Source: a virus (Duplodnaviria; Caudoviricetes). From it: 64,000 bases of DNA. The position numbers were made by a program, and so were the translations under genes. Location: positions 1 to 64,000 of the IMG/VR virus record IMGVR_UViG_3300022923_000005; one strand, written 5' to 3'. The notes below the pieces were generated by a model. It was not told the origin of the DNA. It saw only the letters and a list, made by a program, of their open reading frames with translations, and searched no databases. Below, piece after piece: positions 8,672 to 18,027 of the stretch; position 1 is the first letter of the stretch; each line of letters begins with the position of its first letter.

Positions 8672-10141
8672 CTAGTATACACTCACTCGGTACTTTTTTG
8701 CAAACTCTTGTGCATCCAATTTATCATTTACCATAGGTTTGCCTTTGATGTTCAGCGAAGTATTTAACAGCATAGGACATCCTGTAGCATCATTCCAGGC
8801 TTCTAGCAATCTTCGTATACCGCTACCATCTGGTCCAACAGTTTGTACTCTGCTTGTTCCATCCACGTGGGTGATGGCAGGATACAAGTTTGGATTGGAG
8901 CATTTGGAGGTAAATTGCATATATTGATTGTAGTGTCCTTTGAAATGCTTATTTGCATACTCTTCGAGCACCACGGGTGCGAATGGCCTAAACTGTTGCC
9001 GTTGCTTAATGCTATTAACTCTTTGCTTAATATCATTGCCCCTAGGATCAGCAAGAAGACTACGATTACCAAACGCCCTAGGGCCAAACTCAGCCCTTCC
9101 ATTAGCAACTCCCGCAATGCCTTGTTCTTTGAGTTCTTTGACAAGTTTTTCAACTGGATATTTTCCTTCTATGTTGTAACCTAAGTAAGTGTGTTTCCAT
9201 TCTATATGTTTTTTATTTTTGGCAAGTACTGCACCTACACTAGAACCTGCATCGCCTGGGTTAGGCATTATCCATACATTGTCGTAATATGAATATGCAA
9301 GATGATTAGCCACACAGTTTAATGCACAGCCTCCACTTAACACTAGATTATTGCTTTTATATTTTCCTCGACAGTGCTTTATAATGTCTAAGAATATTTC
9401 TTCATACAGTTCTTGAGTGGCAGCAGCAATGTCTGCTTTTTGCTGCCAATCTAATTCTCCTCGGCGCCACCACATACAACCTCTATGTAAATTTTCTTTA
9501 AATTTTACACTAGGTGTAGTCCAATGGGAGTGTGGTCCTAACTTAAAAAATAGTTCCTTAATCTCATCATAATATTTTTTATGATCGCCATATGCAGCCA
9601 TACCCATTAGAATATATTCATCTTCATTGGGTTTAAGTCCTATACGTTGTGTCATTGCACTATAGAATAAACCTATACTGTGTGGGTAACCTTGACTATA
9701 AACTTTTTTAAGTTTATTTCCTACACCTTCCCAAATAGTAAAAGTTTCAAATTCTCCAATGCTATCAATGCAAACTATAGTTGCATCATCATAACCGCTT
9801 GTATAATAACTTCCTGCTGCGTGACTTTCGTGATGGTTACTGTACTCTAAGGGTGCATTAATGTTGAAACTTTGTAAGTATGATTTAATATCATTCTCGT
9901 ATAAGTTCCAGCCTTGACCAGCAATTAGTTGTCTTAACGTTTTCTTAAACGGCTTTTCATACCATACAACTTTATGAGGCTCTCCCCATTGCTTTGCATA
10001 GCGAACTATACGTTTATTAAGATCAGGATCGTTTTTCACACGACTAAATCTTTCAGTATGGCTTGCAAAAACTAATTCGTCTTTGTCAAATACTGCAAGT
10101 GATCCGTCGTGGCTGTTTGCTGATATTCCCCAAGTAATCAA
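8672..10141 (-). CDS. carbamoyltransferase (NodU/CmcH/TobZ family)
   Basis: SHD, ERFSRVK, HHESHA, GGCALNCVAN, EFGPRAFGNRS, FRPFAP, HVDGTSRVQTV and LNTSLN motifs. Confidence 0.95.
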   Translation of the reverse strand: MITWGISANSHDGSLAVFDKDELVFASHTERFSRVKNDPDLNKRIVRYAKQWGEPHKVVWYEKPFKKTLRQLIAGQGWNLYENDIKSYLQSFNINAPLEYSNHHESHAAGSYYTSGYDDATIVCIDSIGEFETFTIWEGVGNKLKKVYSQGYPHSIGLFYSAMTQRIGLKPNEDEYILMGMAAYGDHKKYYDEIKELFFKLGPHSHWTTPSVKFKENLHRGCMWWRRGELDWQQKADIAAATQELYEEIFLDIIKHCRGKYKSNNLVLSGGCALNCVANHLAYSYYDNVWIMPNPGDAGSSVGAVLAKNKKHIEWKHTYLGYNIEGKYPVEKLVKELKEQGIAGVANGRAEFGPRAFGNRSLLADPRGNDIKQRVNSIKQRQQFRPFAPVVLEEYANKHFKGHYNQYMQFTSKCSNPNLYPAITHVDGTSRVQTVGPDGSGIRRLLEAWNDATGCPMLLNTSLNIKGKPMVNDKLDAQEFAKKYRVSVY

Positions 10142-10144
10142 GTA

Positions 10145-10390
10145 CTATACCTTTTTGTCGTTAAAGTGTTTCCACGTTTTGTGCAATAGATAAAACCAAA
10201 AACCGTTAATAATTGGTTCTACTAATGCGTCAATGGCTGCAAGTTCAATACTCGCGCCAGTAATAATAGTAACACAAGCAATAGCAATAACGATATGTCC
10301 TACAGTATAAATTACAGCAAGAGTAACACTGCTACCACCTAATAGTTTTTTTATTACGTTGAAAATGCCGTTTGTAAATTCCGACATCAT
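10145..10390 (-). CDS. DUF2061-like small membrane protein
   Basis: YTVGH...ITGA...ALVEPIINGFWFYLLH pattern. Confidence 0.7.
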   Translation of the reverse strand: MMSEFTNGIFNVIKKLLGGSSVTLAVIYTVGHIVIAIACVTIITGASIELAAIDALVEPIINGFWFYLLHKTWKHFNDKKV

Positions 10391-10405
10391 TTTACACCTT
10401 CCTTC

Positions 10406-10516
10406 CTATTTGTATATAAAGGGGTCTTTCTTCTTCATTTCTTTTATCTTCTTGCGAAGTTTGTATTTGTAATATTGATCTTTAAACCAATCCACAATAC
10501 TTTTTAACCACTTCAT
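10406..10516 (-). CDS. small basic protein (36 aa, ends KIKEMKKKDPFIYK)
   Basis: Read manually. ATGA overlap with the primase stop; GAGG upstream. Confidence 0.65.
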   Translation of the reverse strand: MKWLKSIVDWFKDQYYKYKLRKKIKEMKKKDPFIYK

Positions 10517-11532
10517 ACTACTTCCTCTTTTATTTTGTTGATAAAGTGTTTCTTAGCAACACTTATCTTGATGCTGCCTGTTTGTGCTGTCTTAATAGCA
10601 TCAACTGTTACAAACAACTTACCATAACGTTGTACTGCATCAGCAACATCTTTTACGTCTGCTTCCCAGTTAGGAAAAGCAACACTCCAGCCATATTCCA
10701 TTGCTTTCTTGATCAAGTTTTCTCCTGCTTCGTCTTGATCAGGAATAACAATAATCTCGTGGCCGAGTCCTTGTATTATTCTATACTGTTGATCACTAAT
10801 ATTGTTTGTTAGTAAAGCAACACCATTAATCGCCATAGCATCGAACGGACCTTCAGTTACAAATATGTAACGTTGATCCTCTTGCTGTGCGTCAACATTG
10901 AATACAAACTGATTGTGATGATCACTTAGATATTTAGGACGTCCACTACGTACTTTACGTGCAGTGTTGCCTACTATTTTTCCTCTATAGTAAAAAGGAA
11001 TAATAACTCTATCTATGTAACCATTTGTAGGAGACCAATAAAAATTATTACTTACTGGATCATATCCTCTATCATAAATGTATTCAACTACTTTTGCAAA
11101 ACTAGTTTCAAGTTTACTATCGCCTGCAAAGTCTACGTTTAACCAATCGCTTACTGGCAAACTGTGTTCAGGCAATTTCTTTTCTGCAAAAGAAACTCTT
11201 GTTTGTAATTCTCTTGGCTTATACTCAGCACTTTCTGTTTTTAGTGCTTCAAATATAAGTGTGTTTATATCACTTTCATTAGCACCTAACCATCTACATA
11301 ATGATTTAAACTTTTCGCTTATTTGTCTACCAGGCTGCCAACTTGCACTGTACTTGCAATTAAAACAGTTGTACACAACTCCAGTATCAAATCTTACACC
11401 TGCACGTTTACGCTTATCAGCATTGTGTCCACGATGATGGCAACAAGGCGCATTAAAAGATGTCCAACCACTAGGACTGTGTTTAGCTCGAGGTGGCAGT
11501 AGATCTCTGAATTTGTCAAGTACAAGTGTCAT
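10513..11532 (-). CDS. gp61: DNA primase (T4 gp61-like)
   Basis: N-terminal Zn-binding region (CC..H...CFNC) and TOPRIM motifs TEGPFDA and PDQDEAG. Confidence 0.92.
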   Translation of the reverse strand: MTLVLDKFRDLLPPRAKHSPSGWTSFNAPCCHHRGHNADKRKRAGVRFDTGVVYNCFNCKYSASWQPGRQISEKFKSLCRWLGANESDINTLIFEALKTESAEYKPRELQTRVSFAEKKLPEHSLPVSDWLNVDFAGDSKLETSFAKVVEYIYDRGYDPVSNNFYWSPTNGYIDRVIIPFYYRGKIVGNTARKVRSGRPKYLSDHHNQFVFNVDAQQEDQRYIFVTEGPFDAMAINGVALLTNNISDQQYRIIQGLGHEIIVIPDQDEAGENLIKKAMEYGWSVAFPNWEADVKDVADAVQRYGKLFVTVDAIKTAQTGSIKISVAKKHFINKIKEEVV

Positions 11533-11538
11533 ACTGCT

Positions 11539-11567
11539 AGTATACTATCTATACAGTATTTTGTCAA
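11539..11567 (-). promoter_or_regulatory. sigma70-type promoter abutting the primase start codon
   Basis: TTGACA (11562-11567), 17-nt spacer, TATACT (11539-11544), 6 nt, ATG 11532. Confidence 0.75.
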
Positions 11568-12444
11568 CTGTTCCTGTGTTATTATCTGCTGGTACGTGCC
11601 TAAATCTAAACCAATTATACTTTCCTGTAACATTATGGTAAAAATTTCCATCTGCTGTTGTTAGATTCCACGTTTTGATATCTGTCCAATTTTCATCAAT
11701 TGGAACGCCGCCTGGGTCCAAACTACCTTGTAGTTTAAGTTCGCCTTCATATGCATTTGCATAAACTTGGAAAGTATGTAGGCTTTGTGGTGTTTGCTGA
11801 TTACCTTGTGCATCAATTTGGCTGCTTTCAAAGAACTCCTCATAGCCGCTAATAGGAGTATGTCTAGCATAGTTTGGTCTTGGTAAGTCAAATGCAGGAT
11901 CATCGTCACGACTGTTTGTTACTTTATCAAAGTTTACAGTCTTGTTAAAAGTAACAACTTCAATAGTGTCGTATGGTTCACCATATACATCGCCGTTTAC
12001 TTCTATTGTGCCGTCAGCACCGAACTGACTATCTAAGTATAATGGAAATGAAGAAGTAACTTTGTACTGTCCTGAAACAACTTCTTCCCTAGTTTCTTTT
12101 ATAAAACTATATGAGTATAATCCTGGTTCTATATCACGCATTTCTGTTTCTGTAAGCGTTACATAAAATCTTCCTTGTGTTGCATCATCAGCAGTTACAT
12201 CTTTCTTAAGGACGAGTTCACTGTCCTCTCTGCTCACTAACGAAAACACAATTGTGGATCCTGTTAAATTAATTTTCTTTTGATCTCCTTTCCTAACCTG
12301 AAGATCGATTCTATTATCGGTTGCACGATAAATTTTTAAAGCGCGACTGTAGACCATACGAAATCTCTCCTGTGTGTAATCACTAGCCAATTCTGTATAG
12401 GCTTCGACTACGTTTGGGTATAAATATATTGTAGTTAATTGCAT
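11545..12444 (-). CDS. putative virion structural protein (beta-rich, BppU-like N-terminus)
   Basis: INLTGSTIVF...G.FYVTLT...PGLYSYSF pattern. TAAATA upstream. Confidence 0.55.
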   Translation of the reverse strand: MQLTTIYLYPNVVEAYTELASDYTQERFRMVYSRALKIYRATDNRIDLQVRKGDQKKINLTGSTIVFSLVSREDSELVLKKDVTADDATQGRFYVTLTETEMRDIEPGLYSYSFIKETREEVVSGQYKVTSSFPLYLDSQFGADGTIEVNGDVYGEPYDTIEVVTFNKTVNFDKVTNSRDDDPAFDLPRPNYARHTPISGYEEFFESSQIDAQGNQQTPQSLHTFQVYANAYEGELKLQGSLDPGGVPIDENWTDIKTWNLTTADGNFYHNVTGKYNWFRFRHVPADNNTGTVDKILYR

Positions 12445-12476
12445 AAGTGATTACTAAACCTTTACTATATTTATCG

Positions 12477-12851
12477 ATGAGAATAACAGAAAACTTAAAA
12501 GAAAATATGCCATTTATCAGCGTTTTAACACACGCAGACAAAGAATATGTAGGCATTATTATTAACCAAGACACTAATGTCACGAGTTTCTACGATTATG
12601 AACTTATCGAGGGCGAAGCAGCAAAGAAACGCTTTTTAGAACTAGGTGATGCTTGGTGGTGGGAATCAAACAGACAAATTCCTATTAATATTTTCCTTAA
12701 GGGCGAAATAGCAGAATTTAGGTATGCTATACGTAATTACACTACAAAAGATGTTGAAATACAGTTCGGGCCTGTTACTAGTTTAAATAATATTATTATT
12801 AAAAGAATTAAGCGTAGATCAATTACTCTTGTTCGAAAGCCTTCTTCATAG
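12477..12851 (+). CDS. hypothetical protein
   Basis: Track ORF 12447..12851; ATG 12477 preferred. TATAAATA at 12419-12426. Confidence 0.75.
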   Translation: MRITENLKENMPFISVLTHADKEYVGIIINQDTNVTSFYDYELIEGEAAKKRFLELGDAWWWESNRQIPINIFLKGEIAEFRYAIRNYTTKDVEIQFGPVTSLNNIIIKRIKRRSITLVRKPSS

Positions 12852-13062
12852 ACCAATATATCCAATAGTCAACTAACAAGAATGTTACTAGTGTACCTAG
12901 TGCAGTAAGTGTTTGACCAAACAACCACGGCAGTACGAATATCCAGAATATAACTCTTAACAAGTAGTAAGGTACATACCATATAGGTACTTGCCAGAAC
13001 GGCCAACTACCTAGATCAGGCTTAGGTGGTTTATCTCTATAATCCTCAACTTCCCAATTCAT
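12823..13062 (-). CDS. small membrane protein
   Basis: Trp-rich with two hydrophobic segments. Confidence 0.65.
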   Translation of the reverse strand: MNWEVEDYRDKPPKPDLGSWPFWQVPIWYVPYYLLRVIFWIFVLPWLFGQTLTALGTLVTFLLVDYWIYWSMKKAFEQE

Positions 13063-13624
13063 ATATCTGCTCGCATAATAAATTCATATGTACAACTACT
13101 GCAACTGCATATGCTGTTGCGTGTGACTTTTTAAAATAGTATTCACCGCTACTTGGCTTTGTCCACACTTCTTGCATTACCTTGTCCCAACTCTGTCCTA
13201 CTAGATGTCTCTTTGCTGGACGTATCATTGCTAGTACTGCTGCTAACTGTTCGATGCTCTGTGGCTTCATCTCTTTTAGCACTCCACTGTGTTCTCCTAC
13301 GTGAAATAGTTTGTTGCTGAAGTCTGGCTCTGTAAGTAATTCCCATAACGGCTCCTGTTCGGTTAGTTTGATTAAGTGTGCTTCGTCTTTAATATCGTTA
13401 TACAAAGAAACATTTAAGAAGTCAATCTTAAATAAACCTTGTTCTTCTGCTTCTTTGTGTTCTATTGAACAAACGTATTTACTTGGATCTGTTGGAACCT
13501 CGTGCATATACACGCCAGTGTTGTGCTTAGTTAGTTCGCCATCATCGATACGACTTGCTCTTACGTGTTTGAATAACGCAAGTGCTTTTTCTCTATCTTT
13601 AAAGTCTATATCAATATCTGGCAT
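13046..13624 (-). CDS. dnaE: minimal DNA polymerase III alpha (family C) catalytic-core protein
   Basis: PDIDIDF, KHNTGV, FKIDFL, AMIRP and YYFKKSHATAYA match DnaE palm and finger motifs in order. Confidence 0.85.
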   Translation of the reverse strand: MPDIDIDFKDREKALALFKHVRASRIDDGELTKHNTGVYMHEVPTDPSKYVCSIEHKEAEEQGLFKIDFLNVSLYNDIKDEAHLIKLTEQEPLWELLTEPDFSNKLFHVGEHSGVLKEMKPQSIEQLAAVLAMIRPAKRHLVGQSWDKVMQEVWTKPSSGEYYFKKSHATAYAVAVVVHMNLLCEQIYELGS

Positions 13625-13803
13625 TACTTTTTAACTTCTTTCCACTGTTTGTACATCTCATAGTTACCACTAGCAATATATTCTTGTCCTGTTTCCATAT
13701 CTACAATTTTCCATTTAGCAGGACACTTTGTTAGTATACTTAATTGCACAGGTTTGTCAAGTTCTTGTACTTCCATTCCATCTTTAATTTTTCTTGTCTT
13801 CAC
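13624..13803 (-). CDS. hypothetical protein (59 aa)
   Basis: Read manually. GTG start overlaps the upstream stop; its stop overlaps the dnaE ATG. Confidence 0.65.
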   Translation of the reverse strand: MKTRKIKDGMEVQELDKPVQLSILTKCPAKWKIVDMETGQEYIASGNYEMYKQWKEVKK

Positions 13804-14483
13804 GACACTTTACCTTCCCGAACTACTTCTTTAACTAATTCTACATCTGCTGGCAATGTTTTAAATTTCTTCATCCAAAATTTAGGATCAATAATTGGTG
13901 ATACAATTGCTAACTGTTCATCATTCATCTTTTGTAACATATCCTTACCTGCTTTGCAGTTAAGTAATACCCAAGGACTAATTTTACCTTCTTTGATATC
14001 GTGTGTTGCTCTATTCAAATTACAATAACTAAAATAGTGATTCCAGTCTGCATTGTGTTCGTTGGCCCACTCTACCATTGTACTACAACTACGTTTTATT
14101 GCATTTTCAGCAGGTTCAATTCTAACAAGTTCTGCTAGATACTTGTCATACAATTCATCTCTACACCAGTGATCTAGTTTTACTCCACTGCGTACAACAT
14201 ACTCAATAAATCTATCTGGCATTAAAGGATTTACGTTTGATACAAAACTACCAAATTTTACAAATGCATTATAGTAAGGACTTTTTGCAAAGTCGTCAAA
14301 CTCTCTTTTCTTTTTACCGCCTTGTGCTATTTCATAAAAACGTTGATACGTTAACAAAGCAAGTTGAACGTGTTTTTCATTCTTACTTAGATGTCTACGT
14401 TTTTGCTCACAGATATGCACTGCCAAAGTTTTCTCTTTAGCAAATGATTTGCCGCAGTATTCACATTTAAAGTTTAATTGCAT
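13800..14483 (-). CDS. hypothetical protein with N-terminal zinc finger
   Basis: FKCEYCGKSF...LAVHIC (C2H2-like, C2HC). Confidence 0.75.
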   Translation of the reverse strand: MQLNFKCEYCGKSFAKEKTLAVHICEQKRRHLSKNEKHVQLALLTYQRFYEIAQGGKKKREFDDFAKSPYYNAFVKFGSFVSNVNPLMPDRFIEYVVRSGVKLDHWCRDELYDKYLAELVRIEPAENAIKRSCSTMVEWANEHNADWNHYFSYCNLNRATHDIKEGKISPWVLLNCKAGKDMLQKMNDEQLAIVSPIIDPKFWMKKFKTLPADVELVKEVVREGKVS

Positions 14484-14937
14484 TGACCTGTTTCTTATCC
14501 CAACCTAATTCTTTACAGTATTCTTTTATCTCTTTGTCACTAGTAATTGCTGCCATAGTGCGAATATCTTCAGTTTTCATATTCGGAAACAGTGTACCCA
14601 AAAACTCTTCTTTCTTGTTTTTAGTTTTAGTAAGTTTTAGCCATTTATGGAAAAACACTTTTTTGGATTCGTGTCCACAACTACAAGCCAATTGCCAAAG
14701 TAGTTTGTTATGCTTGTTTAACAGCAGGAAAAGGTTCTTATTAAAGCGTTCATTTCCTAGTAGTACAAAGTGCTCCTGATCTTCTCTAGACCCTTGTACG
14801 CTGCTTATATAGCGATTAAGAGTAAAGAATACGACACTCTTACGTTGTTCTTCTGTAAGATCATCCCACACTTCTTTACCGTTCAAATCAACGGCTGCTA
14901 ATATTTCATTTAATTTTAATCCGGGCTGCTTACTCAT
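14467..14937 (-). CDS. clamp-loader small subunit-like protein (T4 gp62-like)
   Basis: F.LNRYISS...N...H..L.W pattern, size and replication context. Confidence 0.5.
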   Translation of the reverse strand: MSKQPGLKLNEILAAVDLNGKEVWDDLTEEQRKSVVFFTLNRYISSVQGSREDQEHFVLLGNERFNKNLFLLLNKHNKLLWQLACSCGHESKKVFFHKWLKLTKTKNKKEEFLGTLFPNMKTEDIRTMAAITSDKEIKEYCKELGWDKKQVNAIKL

Positions 14938-15160
14938 TTTCAGGATCCTTAGTTAACATATATAACAGTTTAAGCTCTTTTAGTGTTTTTTGCAAGGCCT
15001 TATTTCCCCTAACTGCCTTATGTTGTATTTCACTAAATTGATGATCATCAATGTACCAATCAGGATATACTTTTTTTTGGACTATAGTACGCTCTCCAGA
15101 TTCAGTGTCACGTGCGAAGACAGTTTCTCCTCCGTCTGGTGATTCGTATATTTTAACCAT
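14930..15160 (-). CDS. hypothetical protein
   Basis: IYESPDGGETVFAR N-terminus; operon context. Confidence 0.7.
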   Translation of the reverse strand: MVKIYESPDGGETVFARDTESGERTIVQKKVYPDWYIDDHQFSEIQHKAVRGNKALQKTLKELKLLYMLTKDPENE

Positions 15161-15161
15161 T

Positions 15162-15710
15162 TTATTGTTCTGCCATTACGTAATAATTTTTTACTGGCAA
15201 TTTTCTCTGTAGTTGTTTTGAATATTTAGATAACTCGTGATACTGTTCATTAGTTACTGTATACCCAATATTTTCAAATTGTTCTTTCCACCAAGTAGGA
15301 GATTCTTGTATTAAATGTGCATTACGGCCATCGGGCAAAATTAGTTTTGCAGGTGCGCAACTTATTAAATGGAAAATGTATTTGCTATTGTTTTTTATTT
15401 CTAGTAGGGTATCTGCAAGACAGTGCGGCTCAATATGTTCTAGTACATCTGTTGATATAATCATATCAACACTGTGTAGTGGTATATCATATGTAGGATT
15501 AGCAGGATCAAATCCAAATATCTTTTTGTTAGGATATTTCTCTTTTAACGTGTCTACAAGATTACCTTTGCCACAACCAAAATCTAAAATGCTACTAGGA
15601 TTTTTTTCTGCAATGTAGTTTTCTAACATTGCAGGTAGTTTGCGCCTTTTGCCAAACTTTGTCTTTGCGTGAATGTCCGTGAGGACTTTTTTGTACTTCT
15701 CGGTAATCAA
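15162..15710 (-). CDS. class I SAM-dependent methyltransferase
   Basis: ILDFGCGKG, DVLEHIEP and LPDGRNAHLI motifs. Confidence 0.88.
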   Translation of the reverse strand: MITEKYKKVLTDIHAKTKFGKRRKLPAMLENYIAEKNPSSILDFGCGKGNLVDTLKEKYPNKKIFGFDPANPTYDIPLHSVDMIISTDVLEHIEPHCLADTLLEIKNNSKYIFHLISCAPAKLILPDGRNAHLIQESPTWWKEQFENIGYTVTNEQYHELSKYSKQLQRKLPVKNYYVMAEQ

Positions 15711-15908
15711 TTAAGACTCCGACTTGGTATAATTTTGCTTATCCCTACTTATAATAAAACAGTCTGCCTGTATCTGTTCTATTAGTCCTTGAATCATATG
15801 ATCACGTTCTGGTGTCTTTGGCTGGTTGTACTTTAGGTCACGTAACATATCAGCATCTTTTTTCAGACCGTCAATCTTATCACAAAACTCGCTTATCTTA
15901 TGAAGCAT
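15711..15908 (-). CDS. hypothetical protein
   Basis: 65-aa ORF in operon. Confidence 0.65.
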   Translation of the reverse strand: MLHKISEFCDKIDGLKKDADMLRDLKYNQPKTPERDHMIQGLIEQIQADCFIISRDKQNYTKSES

Positions 15909-15911
15909 ACA

Positions 15912-16469
15912 TTACTCCTTTATAATCAATACCTCAAGTTGTTTACGTTCTCTCTTTTTTACGTACTCTAGTATTGTTTTATTATACACAAGTTTGCAAG
16001 TACTGTCAAGTGTTGATTTAATTTTTTCAATCCACCATTCTGGTTCTTCAATTATAAGGTGTGCGTTGCGTCCATCTGGAAGTTTCTTTTTTGCAGGAAA
16101 ACAAGCAATTTTGTGGAAGTTTACTGGAGCAGTTTGCCATAACAAACGTAGTGTGCTGTCTATATGTGCTGGCTCAATGTGTTCAAATACGTCTGTGCTA
16201 TAAATTAAATCAACGGTTTTTGGATATGTTTGATACTCGGGCATACCTGGATCATAACCATTTAGTTTTATGTTTGGATATAAGCCTTGCATATGGTCTT
16301 TCATTGCTCCACTACCACAGCCATAATCCAAAATTGTTTGAGGTTTGTATTGATTAATAGTTTCTACAAGTTTGGCAGGTGGTTCTAATCCCCAACCCAT
16401 TTTCTTCCCTGTACCGCTATGAATCTGCTTTAATTGTTCTTTATATTCTTCGCTGATTTTTATAGACAT
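15912..16469 (-). CDS. class I SAM-dependent methyltransferase (paralogue of 15162..15710)
   Basis: ILDYGCGSG, DVFEHIEP and LPDGRNAHLI motifs. Confidence 0.88.
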   Translation of the reverse strand: MSIKISEEYKEQLKQIHSGTGKKMGWGLEPPAKLVETINQYKPQTILDYGCGSGAMKDHMQGLYPNIKLNGYDPGMPEYQTYPKTVDLIYSTDVFEHIEPAHIDSTLRLLWQTAPVNFHKIACFPAKKKLPDGRNAHLIIEEPEWWIEKIKSTLDSTCKLVYNKTILEYVKKRERKQLEVLIIKE

Positions 16470-16529
16470 TCACGTACTCCTTATGCTCTTATTTAACTTT
16501 TAACAAATCCAATGCAGTTAAATAAGAGT

Positions 16530-17324
16530 ATGATCAAGTATGCTTATTGTAAAGAAGTTATAGAAAATAAATCATCGAATTGGATACTTGCACCTTTTAT
16601 TAAGAAAGGCGCCACTGAATTCAGTAGTGTAGCAGATATTCCAAATGATTATGTGCTTATTTCTTGTCATCATCCGCCTTGGCGTTCTCCATATAAAGAA
16701 TGGATTGCAAAAGGCAATAACCATATTGAAATAGACTATGGTTATTGGGGAGTTAATAATCCAAGAAGAAACACTAGACGTGTAACATATAACGGCTCGC
16801 ACAATTTAAATATGCGTCCTGTACCAAGTTCAAGATTACATACACTTAATCCACGTATTAAAAAATGGCAGAAGAAAAGAGGCGATACACTTCTTGTTAT
16901 TGAGCCTCAGCAAGGTATAATCTTTGAAAGGACAGGTGTTACGTTAGGCGACTGGAAGTTAAACATTGAAAAACAAATAAGAGAATTCTGGGATGGACCA
17001 ATTAAATTTAGAAGAAAGTCAGGAGGTAAAAATCCTGCACGTTGGCCTACATTCCTTGAAGACTTAGCAGCAAGTCACGCTGTAATAGGTGAACGCACAA
17101 TGGCTTGTGTAGAAGCAGTTATGTGTGGTATACCTGCATATACTGTTGACCATAGTGCAGTTAGTTTGATAATGGGTAATGATATTACACAAATTAAAAA
17201 TCCACAGTTTCCTGATAGAACTGAATGGTTAGAACATATTGCGTGGAGTCAATTTACGCCTGAAGAGTTTGCAAATAATACATTCGTAGTAGACTGTTTA
17301 GAATCATATCAAATAGGAGTATAG
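16530..17324 (+). CDS. KpsS/KpsC-like (capsular polysaccharide-type) GT-B protein
   Basis: IDYGY, VEAVMCGIP and R.EWL..IAWSQFT motifs shared with five paralogues. TAAATA-N5-ATG at 16530. Confidence 0.6.
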   Translation: MIKYAYCKEVIENKSSNWILAPFIKKGATEFSSVADIPNDYVLISCHHPPWRSPYKEWIAKGNNHIEIDYGYWGVNNPRRNTRRVTYNGSHNLNMRPVPSSRLHTLNPRIKKWQKKRGDTLLVIEPQQGIIFERTGVTLGDWKLNIEKQIREFWDGPIKFRRKSGGKNPARWPTFLEDLAASHAVIGERTMACVEAVMCGIPAYTVDHSAVSLIMGNDITQIKNPQFPDRTEWLEHIAWSQFTPEEFANNTFVVDCLESYQIGV

Positions 17325-17325
17325 G

Positions 17326-18027
17326 ATGTACAAAATGCACAACCACTGGAAGTTTCCAGAGTATGAAAAACGATTACTACAAGTTAACGAAGAAGGCGAA
17401 AGCACATATACCGGACTTAATACAATTTTAAAAGCAGGATTACCTCAAGTAAAGAAACGTGATGTAATGATTGATGTTGGTGCAAATGTAGGATTAGTAA
17501 CTGTACCATTAGCAAGTAGATTTAGCAAAGTATATGCATTTGAATGCATACCAGAAACATTTGAATGTTTACAATATAATACACGTCATTTAGAAAATGT
17601 AGAATGCTTACAATTTGCTGTAAGTGATCATACAGGATTTATTGAAGCAGCAAGACCAGTGCAAGACGGAGTTATTAATTCATCAGGCTGGGCAACAATA
17701 TCTAGTGAAAGAATTGCTATGTGGGAAGCAGAAGGCATCCACGCAGGTAAAGTAAAAGTTAATACTCTTATGTTAGATGATATGGATTTTGAAAGTGTTG
17801 ACTTTATTAAAATTGATGTCGAACAAGCAGAAATGGCAGTAATAAAAGGTGCGTTCAAAACTATTATGAAACATTTGCCTGTAATTGAGTTTGAAAACAA
17901 ACGCAGAGAAAATCATCACGTAATAGAGTTTTTACTTGGTCACGGATATCAATTATTGCCAGGACGTTCTACAAAGAAAGCAGAGTGTATTATGATGCCT
18001 GTGCCTGTCGAGAAAGAAACTTGTTAA
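17326..18027 (+). CDS. FkbM-family methyltransferase
   Basis: IDVGANVG, YAFE and FIKIDVE motifs. Confidence 0.9.
   Translation: MYKMHNHWKFPEYEKRLLQVNEEGESTYTGLNTILKAGLPQVKKRDVMIDVGANVGLVTVPLASRFSKVYAFECIPETFECLQYNTRHLENVECLQFAVSDHTGFIEAARPVQDGVINSSGWATISSERIAMWEAEGIHAGKVKVNTLMLDDMDFESVDFIKIDVEQAEMAVIKGAFKTIMKHLPVIEFENKRRENHHVIEFLLGHGYQLLPGRSTKKAECIMMPVPVEKETC

Noticed and set aside
13046-13624. dnaE as a pseudogene or split-intein fragment
   Set aside because: Motifs are collinear within one intact ORF, neighbours carry no DnaE remnants, and no intein terminal motifs are visible.
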